Program-made: the position numbers and the translations under genes
Source: Saccharofermentanales bacterium
GTDB taxonomy: Bacteria; Bacillota; Clostridia; Saccharofermentanales; DTU023
Direction of reading: 5' to 3'
DNA: 64,000 bases
Assembly (NCBI GenBank): GCA_050951845.1
Contig: JBMNJV010000001.1
Coordinates: 712,304 to 776,303, forward strand
Notes under the pieces: model-generated
Told to the model about the DNA's origin: nothing
What the model saw: the letters and a program-made list of their open reading frames with translations, nothing else
Databases searched by the model: none
Part shown: positions 18,293 through 27,200 of the stretch, piece after piece
Layout of the letters: the number at the start of each line of letters is the position of its first letter
Numbering within the stretch: the stretch's first letter is position 1

Positions 18293-21200
18293 ATGCGAAA
18301 GAAAAATACAAAATTATTTCTGGCTATAATATTGTTACTATCATTTATTGTGCAAATGACGCCGCCTGCGGTATTTGCTAATGATGAAAATGTAACAGAA
18401 TCTGCTGAACAAGCTGCGCCCGAAGGCGATGAGCAAGCTGCGCCCGAAGATGATCAGCAAGCTGCACCGGAAGATGATCAGCGAGCTGCACGCGAAGGCG
18501 ATCAGCAAGCTGCACCGGAAGATGATCAGCAAGCTGCACCGGAAGATGATCAGCAAGCTGCACCGGAAGATGATCAGCAAGCTGCACCGGAAGATGATCA
18601 GCAAGCTGCACCGGAAGATGATCAGCAAGCTGCACCGGAAGATGATCAGCAAGCTGCACCGGAAGATGATCAGCAAGTAGCACCGGAAGATGATCAGCAA
18701 GCTGCACCGGAAGATGATCAGCAAGCTGCACCGGAAGATGATCAGCAAGCTGCACCGGAAGATGATCAGCAAGCTGCACCGGAAGGTGATCAGCAAGTAA
18801 CACCGGAAGGTGATCAGCAAGCTGCACCGGAAGATGATCAGCAAGCTGCACCGGAAGATGATCAGCAAGCTGCACCGGAAGATGATCAGCAAGCTGCACC
18901 GGAAGATGATCAGCAAGTAGCTCCGGAAGATGATCAGCAAGTAGCACCGGAAGATGATCAGCAAGCTGAACCGAAAGATGATCAGCAAGCTGAACCGAAA
19001 GATGATCAGCAAGCTGAACCGAAAGATGATCAGCAAGCTGAACCAAAAGATGATCAGCAAGCTGCACCGAAAGATGATCAGCAAGCTGAACCAAAAGATG
19101 ATCAGCAAGCTGAACCAAAAGATGATCAGCAAGCTGCACCGAAAGATGATCAGCAAGCTGAACCGAAAGATGATCAGCAAGCTGAACCGAAAGATGATCA
19201 GCAAGTGAGATCCTTAAGAAGCCTCAGGTCGCCTGCTAACCAGCCCAAAGGCGGATCTCCGCCGGAACCCGCTATTTTTACAATAACTGTTTACTATCAA
19301 TTTGAAAACAACGATACGGCCTTCCCCACCTATTCCGGCGAATATGAAGAAGGCGACAGTTATTCTATAGACGTTCCCGTAATCGATGGCTATACGGCGA
19401 CCGACGGAAACGATAACACGATCGTGGGACCCATCACGGGTACTGTTACCGGCGACGTTACAATGACAGTCGTGTATGTCCCGGGAGACATCGATTATAC
19501 GGTAACTCACCACTTTCAAAATACGAACGGTACCTATACAACGCAGTCCGAAACAAAAACCGGAAAGGTAGGAGAATACACCGAAGCGCAGGCAATGTCC
19601 TACTCCGCGGACCAATACACCTTGGAGCCGTATGAGCAGGAAATTCTGGCCGCAGGTTCTTCTATCAATATCGACCTCTATTACAACCTGAACACTTCTT
19701 ACCTGACGTTTGATTCAAACGGAGGTTCTTATTGTGTTCGCCTGTCTGCTCTCTACGGCGGCAGTGTAAATATCGATGACAGACTTCCGGTAAAAGACGG
19801 CTATACGTTTGCGGGCTGGTATGACAACCCGGAATTTTCCGGTGGCGCGGTCACAGGAGATGTGCTTCTCACCGGAGATAAAACCCTGTATGCAAAATGG
19901 ACAGCCATTAATTCTAACTATACAATTGTATATATAATAGAAAATGCTAACGATAATAATTATTCTTACCTGACAAGCCGAACAGAAACGGCACTGACGG
20001 GTTCCACGGTGCAGGTGACGGCAGGTTCGCCATTAGCAAAACCAAACGAGCTTGACCAAACTAATTTCACCTTTAAGGATTCTTCAAGTGCGGTGGTCGC
20101 GGGCGACGGCAGTACGGTCATTACCGTTCGCTATTCCCGCAATGTTTATACACTTACCAGTAACAGAAGGCTTGTAAACAATCAGTACTTGACGTTGACG
20201 GCAAAATATGGCGCGACCATCACCGATTTGATGAACAGCACATGGAACGCCCCCACCAACTACCAATATGCGTGGGCGCTGACTAATAATAACGACGATA
20301 AAGTGGCATGCTTCGACACCATGCCGTCCGGCAACAAAAAAGTTTATGACTTCGCATACATCACATCTAAAGTACAGACTCTCAGCTACTGGCTGGAGAA
20401 TTACGATGGTAGTGAGACGATAACAAGAAACGGTGTAACGTACGGTTTGTACAAAAGAATCACCGTGAAGTTTAACTACCTGTACTATGATGTAGACTTC
20501 TACAACATCGCCGGCTACACCAAGGGTGATTATACTATCTTCCAAGGTGGAGTCCAGCGATATTTCGGCAGCTCGGGCAGATATGCAACCCGCGGCAATG
20601 ACTTGGCGGATTTCTACTATCTTGCAAATTCCTATCAGCTCGATCTGTACGGCTTCCATGGCGTATTGCTTTCATCCCATCAGGTCAAGTTAGGAGTTAA
20701 CCTTTCAGGCTATTTGGCAGAACCGCAGGCTCCCGTCGCGGGCGCAACTTTCAGAGGATGGTTTGTTGATCCCTCACACCAGACGCAGAATACGCTAACA
20801 ACCATGCCGACCGGTCTGGCACTGTATGCGGATTGGAATTTCCCGTCCTACACCGTAACCTACGTGGACGGTATGGATCACTCCACGACATATGACACAC
20901 AACAAGTACCTTACTATGAAACGACCGACCCGATCCCAACTCCGTCAAAAGACGGATATCAGTTCATGGGTTGGTATGCTGATCCGGAATACGCTGCGGA
21001 ATTTGACTTTGACCAGCCGATTTCCGAGAACAAGACCATTTACGCAAAATGGAATAAGATTACGGTAACTTCCTATACCGTCCGCTATATCAAGGAAAGC
21101 GACGGAACCAATCTGTTCCCGCCAGCCACCTATTCCGGAACTGTTGGCCGAACTGTGTGGGCGAATGCCAAAACAAGCCCGGATTATATTGTGGATAAAA

Positions 21201-24200
21201 TCAGCGACTCGATCGTACTGGTAGCGAATGCGGCAAACAACGTCATTACCTTTACTTACAGCGAACCGCACGATGTCTGGTATAAAGTCGTCTATGAAGA
21301 TATGGACGGCAATCTTATCCGGGAAGATGCGCCCCTGAGCACACAAGCGAATCAGATTGTTGTATACGCAGATGTTGCAGGGATGCACGCACTCAATTAC
21401 CAACCTATAGTAGTACGGCAGACCAAGGTGCTTGCCGATGAAACTGACCCGAACAACTTACAAAACAATATTATCGTGTTCAAATGTTTGCCGCGTTACA
21501 CGGTTACATTTGAGGCAGGCCCGGGTGGAAGTCTGCAAGGACAAACCAGCTTCCCCAATATCCTAAAAGGCACGCCATGGGCGACAGCGGTTACAGTACC
21601 GACTCCTGTTGCAAATGAGGGTTATTATTTTGCAGGATGGACTCCTTCGTTCCCTGCGACAGTAACTGCAAACGCAACCTATACGGCAAACTTTGCACAG
21701 AAAACGGATGTTACATTTACTGCGAACAGCGAAGAAAAAACATACAACGGCCAAGTACAGACCGTAACGGGCTTCACGACCGACCTGCCTCAGGGTTATA
21801 CAGTAACCGGACTTACTGCAAATGGCAGCGGCAAAGACGTGGCTAATTATCCTGTTTCGTTCTCCGGCAATCCTATTATTAAAAATGCGGATAACCAAGA
21901 CGTAACGGAACAGTATTCGATCACATACGTCAACGGCACGCTGAAGATTAATAAACGTAATATAACAGTCAGTGTAGAGAATGCACCGGATGTTGAATAC
22001 GACGGAAACGAGCATACAGGCAAGACCGAATACACATTCAGCAATCTTGCACTCGGAACTCATGTAGCGACAATCACATACATTCCTGCAAAGGGCACGC
22101 TGGTTGGCACCTACACAGGCAGCTACGGCAACAACCTGAAAGTTATGGCCGGTGGAGTAGAGGTAACAGGTAACTACAATCTGACGACCAAGACACCCGG
22201 CACGCTGAAGATTACGGATCGTGCTGAGAAGTTTGAGATCACCGTTAAGGCGAAGAGCCTGACAGCGACTTATGACGGTACAGAAAAGAGCGTATCCGGT
22301 TTTGATACATTGACCTTTACCGTTGAAGGTAATACCTACACGGTAAGCGGCCTGACAACGAGCAATCCTTCAAGCACAAATGTTGCTACACTGCCGAACG
22401 CAATCAGCGGTACAGCGGTTGTGAAGGATGCGAACAACAATATAGTTACAGATCAGTTCACTGTAAATACTCAGAACGGCACGCTGAAGATTAATAAACG
22501 TAATATAACAGTCAGTGTAGAGAATGCACCGGATGTTGAATACGACGGAAACGAGCATACAGGCAAGACCGAATACACATTCAGCAATCTTGCACTCGGA
22601 ACTCATGTAGCGACAATCACATACATTCCTGCAAAGGGCACGCTGGTTGGCACCTACACAGGCAGCTACGGCAACAACCTGAAAGTTATGGCCGGTGGAG
22701 TAGAGGTAACAGGTAACTACAATCTGACGACCAAGACACCCGGCACGCTGAAGATTACGGATCGTGCTGAGAAGTTTGAGATCACCGTTAAGGCGAAGAG
22801 CCTGACAGCGACTTATGACGGTACAGAAAAGAGCGTATCCGGTTTTGATACATTGACCTTTACCGTTGAAGGTAATACCTACACGGTAAGCGGACTGACA
22901 ACGAGCAATCCTTCAAGCACAAATGTTGCTACACTGCCGAACGCAATCAGCGGTACAGCGGTTGTGAAGGATGCGAACAACAATATAGTTACAGATCAGT
23001 TCACTGTAAATACTCAGAACGGCACGCTGAAGATTAATAAACGTAATATAACAGTCAGTGTAGAGAATGCACCGGATGTTGAATACGACGGAAACGAGCA
23101 CACAGGCAAGACCGAATACACATTCAGCAATGTAGTTTCTGGTCAGACAGCGACCATCACGTACATCCCTGCAAAGGGCACGCTGGTTGGCACCTACACA
23201 GGCAGCTACGGCAACAACCTGAAAGTTATGGCCGGTGGAGTAGAGGTAACAGGTAACTACAATCTGACGACCAAGACACCCGGCACGCTGAAGATTACGG
23301 ATCGTGCTGAGAAGTTTGAGATCACCGTTAAGGCGAAGAGCCTGACAGCGACTTATGACGGTACAGAAAAGAGCGTATCCGGTTTTGATACATTGACCTT
23401 TACCGTTGAAGGTAATACCTACACGGTAAGCGGACTGACAACGAGCAATCCTTCAAGCACAAATGTTGCTACACTGCCGAACGCAATCAGCGGTACAGCG
23501 GTTGTGAAGGATGCGAACAACAATATAGTTACAGATCAGTTCACTGTAAATACTCAGAACGGCACGCTGAAGATTAATAAACGTAATATAACAGTCAGTG
23601 TAGAGAATGCACCGGATGTTGAATACGACGGAAACGAGCACACAGGCAAGACCGAATACACATTCAGCAATCTTGCACTCGGAACTCATGTAGCGACAAT
23701 CACATACATTCCTGCAAAGGGCACGCTGGTTGGCACCTACACAGGCAGCTACGGCAACAACCTGAAAGTTATGGCCGGTGGAGTAGAAGTAACAGATAAC
23801 TACAATCTGACGACCAAGACACCCGGCACGCTGAAGATTACGGATCGTGCTGAGAAGTTTGAGATCACCGTTAAGGCGAAGAGCCTGACAGCGACTTATG
23901 ACGGTACAGAAAAGAGCGTATCCGGTTTTGATACATTGACCTTTACCGTTGAAGGTAATACCTACACGGTAAGCGGACTGACAACGAGCAATCCTTCAAG
24001 CACAAATGTTGCTACACTGCCGAACGCAATCAGCGGTACAGCGGTTGTGAAGGATGCGAACAACAATATAGTTACAGATCAGTTCACTGTAAATACTCAG
24101 AACGGCACGCTGAAGATTAATAAACGTAATATAACAGTCAGTGTAGAGAATGCACCGGATGTTGAATACGACGGAAACGAGCACACAGGCAAGACCGAAT

Positions 24201-27200
24201 ACACATTCAGCAATGTAGTTTCTGGTCAGACAGCGACCATCACGTACATCCCTGCAAAGGGCACGCTGGTTGGCACCTACACAGGCAGCTACGGCAACAA
24301 CCTGAAAGTTATGGCCGGTGGAGTAGAGGTAACAGGTAACTACAATCTGACGACCAAGACACCCGGCACGCTGAAGATTACGGATCGTGCTGAGAAGTTT
24401 GAGATCACCGTTAAGGCGAAGAGCCTGACAGCGACTTATGACGGTACAGAAAAGAGCGTATCCGGTTTTGATACATTGACCTTTACCGTTGAAGGTAATA
24501 CCTACACGGTAAGCGGCCTGACAACGAGCAATCCTTCAAGCACAAATGTTGCTACACTGCCGAACGCAATCAGCGGTACAGCGGTTGTGAAGGATGCGAA
24601 CAACAATATAGTTACAGATCAGTTCACTGTAAATACTCAGAACGGCACGCTGAAGATTAATAAACGTAATATAACAGTCAGTGTAGAGAATGCACCGGAT
24701 GTTGAATACGACGGAAACGAGCATACAGGCAAGACCGAATACACATTCAGCAACCTTGCACTCGGAACTCATGTAGCGACAATCACATACATTCCTGCAA
24801 AGGGCACGCTGGTTGGCACCTACACAGGCAGCTACGGCAACAACCTGAAAGTTATGGCCGGTGGAGTAGAGGTAACAGGTAACTACAATCTGACGACCAA
24901 GACACCCGGCACGCTGAAGATTACGGATCGTGCTGAGAAGTTTGAGATCACCGTTAAGGCGAAGAGCCTGACAGCGACTTATGACGGTACAGAAAAGAGC
25001 GTATCCGGTTTTGATACATTGACCTTTACCGTTGAAGGTAATACCTACACGGTAAGCGGCCTGACAACGAGCAATCCTTCAAGCACAAATGTTGCTACAC
25101 TGCCGAACGCAATCAGCGGTACAGCGGTTGTGAAGGATGCGAACAACAATATAGTTACAGATCAGTTCACTGTAAATACTCAGAACGGCACGCTGAAGAT
25201 TAATAAACGTAATATAACAGTCAGTGTAGAGAATGCACCGGATGTTGAATACGACGGAAACGAGCATACAGGCAAGACCGAATACACATTCAGCAACCTT
25301 GCACTCGGAACTCATGTAGCGACAATCACATACATTCCTGCAAAGGGCACGCTGGTTGGCACCTACACAGGCAGCTACGGCAACAACCTGAAAGTTATGG
25401 CCGGTGGAGTAGAAGTAACAGATAACTACAATCTGACGACCAAGACACCCGGCACGCTGAAGATTACGGATCGTGCTGAGAAGTTTGAGATCACCGTTAA
25501 GGCGAAGAGCCTGACAGCGACTTATGACGGTACAGAAAAGAGCGTATCCGGTTTTGATACATTGACCTTTACCGTTGAAGGTAATACCTACACGGTAAGC
25601 GGCCTGACAACGAGCAATCCTTCAAGCACAAATGTTGCTACACTGCCGAACGCAATCAGCGGTACAGCGGTTGTGAAGGATGCGAACAACAATATAGTTA
25701 CAGATCAGTTCACTGTAAATACTCAGAACGGCACGCTGAAGATTAATAAACGTAATATAACAGTCAGTGTAGAGAATGCACCGGATGTTGAATACGACGG
25801 AAACGAGCATACAGGCAAGACCGAATACACATTCAGCAATCTTGCACTCGGAACTCATGTAGCGACAATCACATACATTCCTGCAAAGGGCACGCTGGTT
25901 GGCACCTACACAGGCAGCTACGGCAACAACCTGAAAGTTATGGCCGGTGGAGTAGAGGTAACAGGTAACTACAATCTGACGACCAAGACACCCGGCACGC
26001 TGAAGATTACGGATCGTGCTGAGAAGTTTGAGATCACCGTTAAGGCGAAGAGCCTGACAGCGACTTATGACGGTACAGAAAAGAGCGTATCCGGTTTTGA
26101 TACATTGACCTTTACCGTTGAAGGTAATACCTACACGGTAAGCGGCCTGACAACGAGCAATCCTTCAAGCACAAATGTTGCTACACTGCCGAACGCAATC
26201 AGCGGTACAGCGGTTGTGAAGGATGCGAACAACAATATAGTTACAGATCAGTTCACTGTAAATACTCAGAACGGCACGCTGAAGATTAATAAACGTAATA
26301 TAACAGTCAGTGTAGAGAATGCACCGGATGTTGAATACGACGGAAACGAGCATACAGGCAAGACCGAATACACATTCAGCAACCTTGCACTCGGAACTCA
26401 TGTAGCGACAATCACATACATTCCTGCAAAGGGCACGCTGGTTGGCACCTACACAGGCAGCTACGGCAACAACCTGAAAGTTATGGCCGGTGGAGTAGAA
26501 GTAACAGATAACTACAATCTGACGACCAAGACACCCGGCACGCTGAAGATTACGGATCGTGCTGAGAAGTTTGAGATCACCGTTAAGGCGAAGAGCCTGA
26601 CAGCGACTTATGACGGTACAGAAAAGAGCGTATCCGGTTTTGATACATTGACCTTTACCGTTGAAGGTAATACCTACACGGTAAGCGGCCTGACAACGAG
26701 CAATCCTTCAAGCACAAATGTTGCTACACTGCCGAACGCAATCAGCGGTACAGCGGTTGTGAAGGATGCGAACAACAATATAGTTACAGATCAGTTCACT
26801 GTAAATACTCAGAACGGCACGCTGAAGATTAATAAACGTAATATAACAGTCAGTGTAGAGAATGCACCGGATGTTGAATACGACGGAAACGAGCATACAG
26901 GCAAGACCGAATACACATTCAGCAACCTTGCACTCGGAACTCATGTAGCGACAATCACATACATTCCTGCAAAGGGCACGCTGGTTGGCACCTACACAGG
27001 CAGCTACGGCAACAACCTGAAAGTTATGGCCGGTGGAGTAGAAGTAACAGATAACTACAATCTGACGACCAAGACACCCGGCACGCTGAAGATTACGGAT
27101 CGTGCTGAGAAGTTTGAGATCACCGTTAAGGCGAAGAGCCTGACAGCGACTTATGACGGTACAGAAAAGAGCGTATCCGGTTTTGATACATTGACCTTTA

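Noticed and set aside
18341-19208. Long ORFs on the minus strand and in other plus frames inside the 24-bp repeat (for example 287 aa LLIIFR..., 253 aa QLADHL..., MISKLHRK...).
   Set aside because: These are low-complexity shadow frames produced by the tandem repeat. They have no RBS and lie wholly within the well-supported giant CDS.
21563-26944. A series of 62-166-aa minus-strand ORFs (MSSECK.AECVFGLAC...) recurring every 543 bp.
   Set aside because: It is the same antisense frame copied by the 543-bp repeat of the giant gene. It is a repeat artefact, not a gene family.
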